Shown here one piece after another: positions 1-9,346 of a stretch of DNA of 64,000 nucleotides; within the stretch, counting starts at the first letter, position 1, and the number at the start of each line of letters is the position of its first letter. Under the pieces are notes generated by a model. The model was not told where the DNA came from and did no database searches. It saw nothing but the letters and a program-made list of their open reading frames with translations. The translations under genes were made by a program, and so were the position numbers. The stretch spans positions 55,421 to 119,420 of the forward strand of contig JAMLJC010000002.1 of NCBI GenBank assembly GCA_023953845.1, given 5' to 3'. This stretch comes from Rhizobiaceae bacterium. GTDB lineage: Bacteria > Pseudomonadota > Alphaproteobacteria > Rhizobiales > Rhizobiaceae.

Positions 1-928
1 CTGCATGCTGGGCATGCTTCACGACAAGCGCGGCGACGAGCGCAGTGATCTCCGCCTCTTTTCGCCCTTCGAGGACCGCGCTGGCGGTGGCGGGGCGACC
101 GCCATGGTATCCGCTCACTGTCACCGTCAGCGCGGCGCGATCCGATCCGAAGCGCAGCCAGCGCATGGACTTTCGCACGACTGACGAAAGCATGGGGCTT
201 GCCGCAATACGAGGCAGGACGGCAAGCAGGAGCCGGCCGAGCGCTGCGGAATCGAAGGTCAGCAGCGTCCGCGCCTCCGCCAGTCCCAGCGTACGCCGCA
301 CGACGTACTGATCGGCGAAGTCGAAGACCATTGCGGGGTGGTCCCGGGGCGGCGCGCCGAAGGCGATCGTCTCGATCCGCTCGCGCATGCGTCCAGCGGA
401 GCGAAAGCCGGCGAGCGTCCAGTCGATCGCGGCGGCTCCGTGCTCGTCGCCGAGCCCGAGCATGATGCCGATTTGCGCGCTTTCGGCCCGATCCATCGTC
501 TCGACGCAGGCCCTTACGAGCAGGTTCGTCAGACCGGGCGCAAGCCCTACGGAAAGGATCGCGCGGCCCCCTTTGTCGCGTGCAAGACTGTCGAGTTTCT
601 CCACCTGCCGGAAGAAGCCGTCGCTCGCCGTCACGTCCACATAGGTGAGGCTCTTTGTGAGCACATGGGCCGCGAACCCCGCATCCTGCGGGTCGACACA
701 GCCGATGACGGCGTCGACGCCGGCGAGCGCCCCATCCCAGCTCTGTGGCTCTGCGAGATCGATATACCGGGCCTCACAGCCGAGGCTTTCCGCCGCTTCC
801 CGCGCCTTGCCCACGTCGCGCCCCGACAGCAGGACCGGCCCAAGGCCCAGACGCAGAAGATTTGCGGCGATGCGGCCGCCGACATGGCCGTATCCGCCCA
901 CGATCAGGATGCCTCCCGCGCCGTTCAT
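1..928 (-). CDS. saccharopine dehydrogenase-like NAD(P)-binding protein, partial (3' end beyond window edge)
   Basis: Own translation of the minus strand from ATG 928-926 gives MNGAGGILIVGGYGHVGGRIAANLLRLGLGPVLLSGRD... (Rossmann GxGxxG). The frame stays open to nt 1. It is absent from the ORF track only because no stop lies inside the window. ATGA overlap with the stop of the methyltransferase gene at 925-928. Confidence 0.6.
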   Translation of the reverse strand, partial: MNGAGGILIVGGYGHVGGRIAANLLRLGLGPVLLSGRDVGKAREAAESLGCEARYIDLAEPQSWDGALAGVDAVIGCVDPQDAGFAAHVLTKSLTYVDVTASDGFFRQVEKLDSLARDKGGRAILSVGLAPGLTNLLVRACVETMDRAESAQIGIMLGLGDEHGAAAIDWTLAGFRSAGRMRERIETIAFGAPPRDHPAMVFDFADQYVVRRTLGLAEARTLLTFDSAALGRLLLAVLPRIAASPMLSSVVRKSMRWLRFGSDRAALTVTVSGYHGGRPATASAVLEGRKEAEITALVAALVVKHAQHA

Positions 929-1596
929 CCGGCGCTCCTGCGCTCGGCGTGAACGCCCAAAAAGCCGAACGCCTGAAAGAACGGCCTGCCCGCCGTGAAG
1001 CCGGCCTCCGCCAGCAGTTCGTCGACGCGCTCCCGCGTCGCGCGCCGCCATTGCGTTTTCATGCGCGTCAGCACCGCCTGAACCGCTTCGGCAGAATGGC
1101 CTTGCCGCGCCAGCCACAGGGCAAGCCCCTCGTCGGCGCCTTCCGAAACCGTCGCGTCGAAAAGCAGGAGAGGCGCGCCGAGCGAAAGATGGCGGCCGAC
1201 GCCTTCGAGAAACGTCGCCTTGCTTCCGTCGTCGGGCAGGAAATGCAGCACCAGCGACACGGTGGCGGCGTCGTGCGGCTCTTCCGGCAGATCGTCGAGC
1301 ATGCCGTGCACGAATGCGGTGCGTTCAGCTGACCCGGTCGCTGCGAGCTTGGACCGTGCGGCGTCCAGCATGCCGGCGGAGGGGTCGAGCGCCGTGAAGC
1401 GCGCATGCGGCAATTGCCTCGCCAGCACGGCGATCTCCGAGCCGGTTCCGCAGCCCGGAGCCAGGATGCGGGAGGGCGCGCTTGCCCGCGTCGCCAGAAT
1501 GCAGCCCATCAGATCGAGCGCCAGCGCATAGCCCGGCACCAGCCGGACGATCCGCTCGTCGTAGTCGAGCGCCGCCTGGTCGGGAAAAACGGTCAT
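925..1596 (-). CDS. class I SAM-dependent methyltransferase
   Basis: 223-aa ORF with SAM motif I (ILAPGCGTGSE). 4-nt overlaps with both neighbours indicate an operon. Confidence 0.8.
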   Translation of the reverse strand: MTVFPDQAALDYDERIVRLVPGYALALDLMGCILATRASAPSRILAPGCGTGSEIAVLARQLPHARFTALDPSAGMLDAARSKLAATGSAERTAFVHGMLDDLPEEPHDAATVSLVLHFLPDDGSKATFLEGVGRHLSLGAPLLLFDATVSEGADEGLALWLARQGHSAEAVQAVLTRMKTQWRRATRERVDELLAEAGFTAGRPFFQAFGFLGVHAERRSAG

Positions 1597-2783
1597 GACG
1601 CACCTTTCTTGCGGATGATCAGCACGGCGAGTACGGCTGCCGTCATGGCTGCGGCCGCCATGATCGGGGGAGCAACCGGCGACAGACGGTGCAGGGCGGC
1701 ACCCGCAATCGGACCTGCCGCCATGCCCAGCCCCTGTGCGACCGCATTCACTCCGGCGACCCGTCCCTGAGCCTGCGGCCCGGCGATCAGGCTGAGAACG
1801 GCGAGGTTGCCGGGCAGAAGCAGGCCCAGCGCCGCGCCCATGACGAAGAGCGCGGCGATCAGCACGGATATGTTTCCGGCCACGGCTACGCCCATCATGG
1901 CGATTGCCGCCGCGCTTGCGCCGACAAGCATCAGCCTGGCCGGTTCAAGCTTCAGGAGCCGCAGGCCGAACGTCTGCACCAGCGCCATGACGACCGCCGC
2001 GCCCATCAGCGCGCCGCCCGCCTGCGAGATGGCCTGCGCGCGCGGCAGGGCGAGGCCGTCCTCCAGCCGCAAGGCGGTCACATGCTGCATGATCCCGTAG
2101 ATGGTGACGCCGAGGAACGTCACGATCAGGCTTGGACAGATCGCAGGCAACGGAAGAGCGACGGAAACGCTCCGGCCGGCGTTCTCCCTTCGGTCGCCGA
2201 TCAGCAGCCGCACAAGGACGAACCCGATGCCGACGCCTGCCGCCAACCCCATGAGCGCGGCGGCGGGCATGTCGCCGCCCGCCGCGAAGGCCACGCCCGC
2301 GCCGGCGATACCGCCGATGCCGTAAGACGCGCCGAGCAGCCCCATGCCCTCGGCGCGGCGCTCGGGCGGCGTGCCGTCCGCCATCCATGCCTGCGCCGCC
2401 GGCAGCAGCCCGCCCGAAAGGATCGACTGCCCGGCGCGGATCGCGAACAGCAGCGCGAGCGTCGGCATGCGGTCGAGCGCGCCGTCGAGTCGCAGCGCGA
2501 TGACCCCGGCCATCAGCGCGGGACCGACAGCCGCGCCCATTAGCCCGGTCAGCAGAACGAAACGGCGGCCGCACGTCTCGCTGACCCTGCCCCATACAGG
2601 CGCGGAAACGAGCAGGATCAGCGCGGCGAGACCCAGCAGCAACCCGGTCTCGATCGGCGAGAACCCCAAATCGCGGCCGAGTGCGGGAAGCACGACCAGC
2701 ACGAAGGATTGAGCGGCTGCGTTCGCCGCGAGGGCGAAGAGGAGAGGCAGGGCTTCGATGCGGAAGCTCCTTTCCGCACGCAT
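1593..2783 (-). CDS. MFS transporter
   Basis: 396-aa very hydrophobic ORF with about 12 TM stretches and an MFS motif-A-like loop (WGRVSETCGRRFVLL). Confidence 0.8.
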   Translation of the reverse strand: MRAERSFRIEALPLLFALAANAAAQSFVLVVLPALGRDLGFSPIETGLLLGLAALILLVSAPVWGRVSETCGRRFVLLTGLMGAAVGPALMAGVIALRLDGALDRMPTLALLFAIRAGQSILSGGLLPAAQAWMADGTPPERRAEGMGLLGASYGIGGIAGAGVAFAAGGDMPAAALMGLAAGVGIGFVLVRLLIGDRRENAGRSVSVALPLPAICPSLIVTFLGVTIYGIMQHVTALRLEDGLALPRAQAISQAGGALMGAAVVMALVQTFGLRLLKLEPARLMLVGASAAAIAMMGVAVAGNISVLIAALFVMGAALGLLLPGNLAVLSLIAGPQAQGRVAGVNAVAQGLGMAAGPIAGAALHRLSPVAPPIMAAAAMTAAVLAVLIIRKKGAS

Positions 2784-4987
2784 CAGAAACTCACCCGCGC
2801 ACCGAGAGCGAACGTCCTTCCCTTGCCGGGAACGCCCGCGAAGACCGGTTGTCCGGCCGTGTCCGTTCCTGCCTGAAACGCCGATGTCACATAGCTCTTG
2901 TCGAACAGGTTCTCGACGGCGCCGAAAACCTCCAGCCGGTCGCCTTGCCAGCCCGCGCGCAGATTGGCGAGGCCGTAGCCGTCGAGCTTGCGGCTGTTGG
3001 CGGGATCGATCTGGCGACCGCCGGTATAGCTGTATTCGGCCCGGACGAAGCCCGTGCCATTATACCCGCCGAAGTCGATGTCACGACGGTATTCGGCGTG
3101 CAGCATCCCGCTGAAGGACGGCGCGTAGGGGACGTCCTTGCCGCGAATCAGCGGATTGCCGCCCGTGATCTCGGCGTTCAACAATGCGATGTTCGCGCCA
3201 AGACTCCACTCCGCCGTCGGGCGGATGACGGCCTCCAGCTCCGCGCCGTAGCTGCGCGTGTCCGCGTTCTCCACCGAAAAGCGTCCGAGAACGGGATTGT
3301 AGGTGAAGAGCTGCTCGTCCCTCGTGTCGTTGTAGAAGACCGACGCCGACAGATCGAGCCAGCCCCCCAGGTCCGCCGCCTTCAGCCCGGCCTCGTATGA
3401 CCAGGTGTTCGAGCTTCTGTATGGCGTCAGCGGGATGCCCATTGCCGCGAACTGGTTGTAGAACAGGTATCCGCCGGTCTTCTCGCCACGCGCCACTGTG
3501 GCGAAGGCCGTCAGGTCTTCTGTGAGGTCGTAGGTGAGCCCGGTGCGGCCGGTCACGAATGTATCGCTTACCCGCCCGGCTTCGTCGAATTGCGGCAAAG
3601 CGCCAGCGCGGCCGAGGAACCGGCCCTCGAAATCCTTGCTCTCGTGAGTGAGGCGCAGGCCACCGATCCAGTTCAGCCGGTCGGAAAGGGGCACAGTCAC
3701 CTCGCCGAAAGCCGCAAGGTTCGTCGTGTCGATCCTGCCGCGATAGCTCCCGTTGGGCATCGCCATGCTGGTGATGTCAGTCGTGGAATCGAAACGCGAC
3801 CACAGGCCGCTCAGCCCCGCCACCCAGCGCGTGCCGCCTGCGGTTTCGCCGTCGAGGCGGAACTCTTGGCTCAATTGGGTGCTGCTCTCGTCGATCCGGT
3901 GGACGTTGAGACCGGGAGCCTGAAGCGCGAAGCCCGGAGCGCCTGTCTGCGCGGAACCGATGAACCCGTCGACGATGTCGGCCTCCATCCATGTCGAATA
4001 ATGCTGGATGCCGCTGATCGAGGTGAAGCGGGCCCATTCAAGATCGCGCTCGTACTTTGCGCCGAAGCCGGCGGTCTCGGTCTCCGTCTCGGGCAACGGA
4101 TTGAGTGCGTTGCGCGGGAAGCCGGGATCGTCCAGCCAGACGCCGGTGGTCGGGTTCTGCCGATCACGGCTCCAGCTTCCCGAAAGCGTCAGCCGGCTTA
4201 CCTCGTCGGGTTCGAACAGCAGCTTTCCCGAAAGCGCTCCGTAGGTTCGCGCGCGCAAACCTTTGTCGGAAGAAGACACCACGCCGGGAGCCGGCCAGAG
4301 CACATTGGTCAGGTCGCCGTCGAAATCTTTGATGCGGCCGGAAATGCGGCCTGAAACCGCGTCCGACAGCGGCCCCTCCAGCGTGAAGTCCGCCTCCTTG
4401 CGGCCGTGGGACCCGAAGATGATACCCGCGCTTCCTCCGGCGACGGGCGAAGGATCGCGGGTCACGATGCTGACGGCGCCCGCCTGCGCGTTCAGCCCGA
4501 AATGCGTTCCCTGGGGACCTCGCAGCATCTCGATGCGCTCGACGTCGCCGAAGGGCATGTCGAAGATTCGCGGAGGAACGGGAATGCCGTCGATATAGGT
4601 GTGGACCGATGGTGAGATCAGCGCCGAGGATGAGCCGATGCCCCGCATGTTGACGAGGTTGGCGAAGGTCAGCCCGGAATCGGCGTGGTTGAAGTTCGGC
4701 ACGCGGCGCGCCAGAGATTGCGTGTCGTTCACACCCTCACGCCGCAATTCCTCGCCGCCGGCGGCGGTTATAGCGAAGGGGATGCGCTGGATCGACTCCT
4801 CGATATGTCTGGCCGTCACGGTGATCGGGGCGAGCATGGTCGTTTCGCGGTCGTCAGCGACAACGTCCTGTTCCTGGGCTGCCGCCATTCCGCTCAGAAG
4901 CACGGTTGTCACGGTCACGGGAACGAGACCCCGCCGCATCCCGTTCACAAGGTCGATGCTCCGCCGTGTCCGTCGCCCGCACCCCAT
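2783..4987 (-). CDS. TonB-dependent outer-membrane receptor (siderophore/metallophore type)
   Basis: 734-aa ORF with plug-domain motifs (PITVTA, IEMLRGPQG) and a barrel ending in a terminal aromatic residue (...GARVSF). The likely true start is M17 (ATG 4939), which gives the signal peptide MRRGLVPVTVTTVLLSGMAAAQE. Confidence 0.9.
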   Translation of the reverse strand: MGCGRRTRRSIDLVNGMRRGLVPVTVTTVLLSGMAAAQEQDVVADDRETTMLAPITVTARHIEESIQRIPFAITAAGGEELRREGVNDTQSLARRVPNFNHADSGLTFANLVNMRGIGSSSALISPSVHTYIDGIPVPPRIFDMPFGDVERIEMLRGPQGTHFGLNAQAGAVSIVTRDPSPVAGGSAGIIFGSHGRKEADFTLEGPLSDAVSGRISGRIKDFDGDLTNVLWPAPGVVSSSDKGLRARTYGALSGKLLFEPDEVSRLTLSGSWSRDRQNPTTGVWLDDPGFPRNALNPLPETETETAGFGAKYERDLEWARFTSISGIQHYSTWMEADIVDGFIGSAQTGAPGFALQAPGLNVHRIDESSTQLSQEFRLDGETAGGTRWVAGLSGLWSRFDSTTDITSMAMPNGSYRGRIDTTNLAAFGEVTVPLSDRLNWIGGLRLTHESKDFEGRFLGRAGALPQFDEAGRVSDTFVTGRTGLTYDLTEDLTAFATVARGEKTGGYLFYNQFAAMGIPLTPYRSSNTWSYEAGLKAADLGGWLDLSASVFYNDTRDEQLFTYNPVLGRFSVENADTRSYGAELEAVIRPTAEWSLGANIALLNAEITGGNPLIRGKDVPYAPSFSGMLHAEYRRDIDFGGYNGTGFVRAEYSYTGGRQIDPANSRKLDGYGLANLRAGWQGDRLEVFGAVENLFDKSYVTSAFQAGTDTAGQPVFAGVPGKGRTFALGARVSF

Positions 4988-4998
4988 TCTAATTCCCC

Positions 4999-5027
4999 CT
5001 GACTTGGTAAGTTACCAACTAAGTCAG
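4999..5027. promoter_or_regulatory. nested palindrome CTGACTTGGTAAGTTACCAACTAAGTCAG upstream of the receptor operon (candidate operator)
   Basis: Perfect 7-1-7 inverted repeat TTGGTAA-G-TTACCAA (5005-5019) flanked by TGACTT/AAGTCA arms, about 60-90 nt upstream of the likely start at 4939. Confidence 0.3.
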
Positions 5028-5292
5028 CTATCAGCATCCGCGTAGCCGCGCAATAGCGGAGTGTCTTCGTCAGGTTTCAGGGAGAGTCAGGACGAAGAGA
5101 AGCCGTCCAAGTGGATCTGATTGCCCGTGCCGGCCGCAAAATTCCTAAGTTTGCGGCAAAGTCAGTTGCGCTGATTCTCCATAAGAGTTTCCGCCGCAAA
5201 ATCAGGCGTGAATATCTAACTTGGGAACGACAGATTTTGCGACGCTGCGCGACCGCTTCCGCCCTCTGTCAACCGAGAGCCGCCGTTCGGCT

Positions 5293-5347
5293 TCCCACCC
5301 CATAGTGCCGTAGGATTCGGCCCACCCGCTTCCAAAGTGGGAAATGG
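5293..5347 (+). repeat. copy 1 of a ~55-bp dispersed repeat (core GGCCCRCCCGCTTCCAAAGTGGGAAATG)
   Basis: Aligns at roughly 85 percent identity, with single-nt indels, to 15189-15244 in the same orientation. Lies in an intergenic region. Confidence 0.55.
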
Positions 5348-5466
5348 GGGCCGTCAGACGACGGTCCGCTATCGTGCTGAGTAAAGCGGATTGCTGCCGT
5401 TCAGCCCAATAGCGTTGGTGCAATCCTGAAGAGAGAGACTAAGTCTCGCTGGTCGACGCGCCGATC

Positions 5467-6402
5467 TCATGCACTTAGTCTCGCCTCACGCATGTCGCGC
5501 CCGGGAGGTGCACCGAACAGGCGCGCGTAGTCGCGGGTGAATTGCGGCACGCTTTCATAGCCGACCCGGTGGGCAGCATGGGCGATGCCTGCACTGTCCA
5601 CCAGCATCAGTCGCCGTGCCTCGATCAACCGCAATTGCTTCTGGAACTGAAGAGGCGACAGCGTGGTGACAGCTCGAAAATGCTGATGGAAGGAGGATTC
5701 ACTCATCCCCGCTACAGCCGCCAGATCCCCGATGCGCAGCGTACTGGCATAGTCCTGGCGGATTAGCGCCACCGCCCGGGCAATGCGATGGGCGTGGGTA
5801 TCGGTGCCGCCAAGTGACCGAATCGCAGCGCCGTGGCGCCCTGTCAGTAGCCAGTAATGCATCTCGCGCAGGAGCGCCTCGCCCAACACTGGCAAGGCTG
5901 TAGGCCGGTCTATGAGCCGCATTAGGCGCAGGGCTGCATCGATCGCATCGGTGTCAGCCTGCTCCACACGGATCGGGACAGTATCGACAGGACGCAGATC
6001 GGCCTCGGTGGACAGCGATCGCAATAGCGATGCGTCGAGTTCCAGCGCCAGCGCGTAATATGGGGCGGCGAGGCTAGCTTCGAGAATCTGGCTGATTGTT
6101 GGAACATCGGCGGTGATAACCAGTGCCTCGCCAGCGCCATAGTCAAAGCTGGTTGTGCCCATGGTCACCCGTTTGCGGCCCTGAAGGCAGATTGCAATCA
6201 ATGGCTTTTGCACGGTCACCTGCAATTCGCCCGGATAGAGCGCGCGAACCGCGCCCAGACCACGAAAGGGCGTTGGCGCAAAACCCGCCCGGTCGGAATG
6301 GGCGTCCGCGTGGCGGCGAACAAGGCCGAGGAGATTGCGCATCGGAAAAACTTCAGGAAATAGCATGATGGTATCAGGCAAGGGATATCGGCTCCTTTGC
6401 AA
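5467..6402 (-). CDS. AraC family transcriptional regulator (AraC_N-type sensor domain)
   Basis: C-terminal double HTH (LAAVAGMSESSFHQHFRAVTTLSPLQFQKQLRLIEARRLM). The start may be an internal Met. Confidence 0.85.
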   Translation of the reverse strand: MQRSRYPLPDTIMLFPEVFPMRNLLGLVRRHADAHSDRAGFAPTPFRGLGAVRALYPGELQVTVQKPLIAICLQGRKRVTMGTTSFDYGAGEALVITADVPTISQILEASLAAPYYALALELDASLLRSLSTEADLRPVDTVPIRVEQADTDAIDAALRLMRLIDRPTALPVLGEALLREMHYWLLTGRHGAAIRSLGGTDTHAHRIARAVALIRQDYASTLRIGDLAAVAGMSESSFHQHFRAVTTLSPLQFQKQLRLIEARRLMLVDSAGIAHAAHRVGYESVPQFTRDYARLFGAPPGRDMREARLSA

Positions 6403-6512
6403 GTCTTATCCTGGGATTTCGCAGAAACAGGCAAAACTATGCGAGGAACAGGCAACTCTGCCGCACCTGTTGCCCCATCTTCCGCTCATCCAAACAAGAT
6501 GAGGAACATCAC

Positions 6513-7268
6513 ATGAGCAAGATCGCACTGGTCACCGGCGCCAATCGTGGCCTTGGCCGAAACACCGCCCTTTCAATCGCCCGCCACGGTGGCGATGTCG
6601 TCGTGGCCTATCGTGGCAATGCCGTCCAGGCAGGTGAGGTCGTGGCGGAAATCGAAGCCATGGGCCGCAAGGCCGTCGCCCTCCAGCTTGATGTGTCGAA
6701 AGTCGCAAGTTTTCCCACCTTTGCCGATGCTCTGCGCGATAGCCTCCGCGAACTGTGGAATCGCGACACCTTCGATCATCTGATCAATAACGCAGGCCAT
6801 GGCGAGTTCACCCCGATCAGCGAGACAACCGAGGCGCAGTTCGACGGATTGTTCGACGTGCATGTGAAGGGGGTCTTCTTCTTGGCCCAGGCGTTGTTGC
6901 CGCTGATCGCTGATGGCGGGCGGATCGTGAATTTCTCGACTGGGCTGACACGATTCTCCTACGAAGGCTTCTCAGCCTATGCAGCGGCGAAGGGCGCGAT
7001 TGAGGTGCTGACCCGTTATATGGCGAAAGAGCTTGGCCCCCGGGGCATTGCCGTGAACACCGTCGCTCCGGGCGCGATCGAGACCGATTTCGGCGGTGGG
7101 GTTGTGCGCGACAATCCCGATCTGAACGCCCAGTTCGCCGGGCTGACCGCACTCGGCCGTGTTGGCCTGCCCGATGATATCGGTCCTATGGTCGCGAGCC
7201 TTCTGTCGGATGACAACCGCTGGGTCACCGCACAGCGGATCGAGGTTTCGGGAGGTCAGGCAATCTGA
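6513..7268 (+). CDS. SDR family oxidoreductase
   Basis: TGANRGLG cofactor motif and YAAAKGA (YxxxK) catalytic motif; 251 aa. Confidence 0.9.
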   Translation: MSKIALVTGANRGLGRNTALSIARHGGDVVVAYRGNAVQAGEVVAEIEAMGRKAVALQLDVSKVASFPTFADALRDSLRELWNRDTFDHLINNAGHGEFTPISETTEAQFDGLFDVHVKGVFFLAQALLPLIADGGRIVNFSTGLTRFSYEGFSAYAAAKGAIEVLTRYMAKELGPRGIAVNTVAPGAIETDFGGGVVRDNPDLNAQFAGLTALGRVGLPDDIGPMVASLLSDDNRWVTAQRIEVSGGQAI

Positions 7269-7467
7269 ACCAAAACCCAAGCGGCAGGCCAGCCCGAGAG
7301 GGTTCGCCTGCTGCTATGGCTGAGAGCATCTGGCTACTTGCAAGAGTGGTCTCAGGTTGCGCCGAATCTACCGCTTTTTCAGTTCCAACCAAATGGAAAC
7401 ATCAGGGCCTGTGAGCGGACTGTCCGCTATCGGCCATACAATCGAGAGAGCCGACCCCAGATCATGG

Positions 7468-8394
7468 TTAGTCGGCCGGCGCCTTGACTTCCCATGGCGC
7501 AATCCAGTCGCCGGCTACACGCAGGTCGATGCCAGCATCGTCCTCGATCACCTTGCAGACGGTCATCTCGCCCGCGCCCGTCCCATAGCGCGCGCCAGCT
7601 TCTTTGAAGCGGTCGTGGGTCGCGCGGGTCAGCTCGCTGCGCGTGCCCATTTCGGTCATGAGTTCTTCGATGAGCCCGAGATCCTTCAGGCACAGCGCAA
7701 TCGGGAACGATGGGTCATAGTGCCCTGCAAAGATCGAGGGCACGTCGTGCTGCATGACGAAGCTGTCGGCTGCGCCGCCCTTCATCACGTCCCACCAGAC
7801 TTTCGGGTCGAGGCCTGCGAGCTTGGCCGTAACCATCGCCTCGCCGATGGCCGCGGCATGAATCTTCCAGAGCTGGTTGTTGACCAGCTTGGCGACATAG
7901 CCATTGCCATGCTGCCCGACCTTGCGGATTTCGCCCATCGTCTCAATGACCGGGCGAGCGCGCTCGATGTCAGCATCCTCCCCACCCACGAACATCAACA
8001 TGTCGCCCCGGATCGCGGCGTCGACGGATCCTGTGACCGGGGCATCGATGGGCGCGCCGCCCTTGGCACGAAACGCGCGGCCAAGGTCGCGCATCAGTTG
8101 CGGGCGGCTGGTCGTGAGATCGATCCATGTCTTGCCGTTACAGTCATTTGACAGGAGGCCATCCTCCCCGCGGAGGACTGCCTCGATCTCATTCGGGCCG
8201 AAGACCATGCTAACGACCACGTCGACCTGGTTCAGGACATCCGCCGGGCTGGCGCCCGCGGTGGCGCCTTTGTCGACGAGCGGCACGAGCGCTTCGGGCC
8301 GCACGTCATAGACGACCATCTCGAAGCCGTGACGCAGGATATTGAGCGCTGCGTTGCGGCCCATCATGCCCAGTCCAATAAAGCCGACCCTCAT
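7468..8394 (-). CDS. NAD(P)-dependent oxidoreductase, 3-hydroxyisobutyrate dehydrogenase (HIBADH) family
   Basis: Start reassigned to ATG 8394 (MRVGFIGLGMMGRNAA, Rossmann). The upstream part of the 360-aa ORF is Arg-rich junk. Confidence 0.85.
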   Translation of the reverse strand: MRVGFIGLGMMGRNAALNILRHGFEMVVYDVRPEALVPLVDKGATAGASPADVLNQVDVVVSMVFGPNEIEAVLRGEDGLLSNDCNGKTWIDLTTSRPQLMRDLGRAFRAKGGAPIDAPVTGSVDAAIRGDMLMFVGGEDADIERARPVIETMGEIRKVGQHGNGYVAKLVNNQLWKIHAAAIGEAMVTAKLAGLDPKVWWDVMKGGAADSFVMQHDVPSIFAGHYDPSFPIALCLKDLGLIEELMTEMGTRSELTRATHDRFKEAGARYGTGAGEMTVCKVIEDDAGIDLRVAGDWIAPWEVKAPAD

Positions 8395-8425
8395 GCCAAT
8401 GTCCTCGATGTCATCATGTCGGTGG

Positions 8426-9346
8426 TCACTTCTCCCAATGCGGCACCCAGTCACCGTCGAGGCGCATGGAGATCCCTGCATCATCCTCGATCCGCTTCGC
8501 GACATGAAGTTCCGCGGCGCCAATGCCGTAGCGCGTTGCCGCCAACGCAAACGCGCCTTCCGCTGCGGTGGTCATTGGCATTGCCGCTCGGACGTTGCGG
8601 TTCAGCTCCTGGATCAGTCGCAGGTCCTTCAGGCACAGATCGAGCGAGAACGATGGGTCGTAATGCCCAGCGAAGATCGAAGGAGCGTCATGGTCGGCGA
8701 CGAAGCTGTCGCCGACGCTGTTACGGATCGCATGCCAGAGCGTGCCGAGTTCGACGCCGTTCGCGATACCGGTCGCGAAGCCTTCGCCGATGGCCGCCGC
8801 GTGAATGAACCAGAGCTGGTTGGTCACCAGTTTTACGACGTTGCCGGTGCCGAGCGCGCCGCAGTGTATGACCTTGCCGAGGTGGCGGAGGACTGGCTCT
8901 GCCCGGTCGAATGCAGCCTTCTCGCCGCCGGCGAACAGGGTCAGCTTACCATTCCGCGCGCCATCGACCGCTCCTGTCACCGGACTGTCGACGATGGTCA
9001 CCCCGTCGGGCGCATCCCCGGCAAGCCGGAAGATGAGCTCATTGCTGTTGGTGGTGAGGTCGATCCACAGGCTCCCTGGCCTGAGGCTTTTCAGGCTGTC
9101 GGTCTTGCCGCTCATAACTGCTTCGACGTGATCAGGTCGCGGCAGGGACGTCAGGAGGATATCCGCGGCCGCGGCGCAGGCAGAGGCGGAGGTTGCCGCC
9201 ACCGCACCCGCCGCGACAGCCCGCTCCAATGCCGCCTGGTTAAGGTCGAAGGCCCACACCCGATAACCTGCCTGAAGGAGTCGCTGGCACATGGGGCCAC
9301 CCATATTGCCGAGGCCGATGAAGCCAAGGTGTGGCAGCGAACTCAT
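8426..9346 (-). CDS. NAD(P)-dependent oxidoreductase, HIBADH family (tandem paralog)
   Basis: Start reassigned to ATG 9346 (MSSLPHLGFIGLGNMGGPM), which overlaps the stop of the M24 gene (ATGA). Shares blocks such as SIFAGHYDPSF and EDDAGI..DGDW with the 7468-8394 product. Confidence 0.85.
   Translation of the reverse strand: MSSLPHLGFIGLGNMGGPMCQRLLQAGYRVWAFDLNQAALERAVAAGAVAATSASACAAAADILLTSLPRPDHVEAVMSGKTDSLKSLRPGSLWIDLTTNSNELIFRLAGDAPDGVTIVDSPVTGAVDGARNGKLTLFAGGEKAAFDRAEPVLRHLGKVIHCGALGTGNVVKLVTNQLWFIHAAAIGEGFATGIANGVELGTLWHAIRNSVGDSFVADHDAPSIFAGHYDPSFSLDLCLKDLRLIQELNRNVRAAMPMTTAAEGAFALAATRYGIGAAELHVAKRIEDDAGISMRLDGDWVPHWEK

Noticed and set aside
4999-5027. Calling the palindrome a Fur, Irr (ICE) or RirA (IRO, TGA-N9-TCA) box
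   Set aside because: The spacing and sequence do not fit the consensus sequences as I remember them (TGA and TCA are 21 nt apart here). It is kept only as a generic candidate operator.
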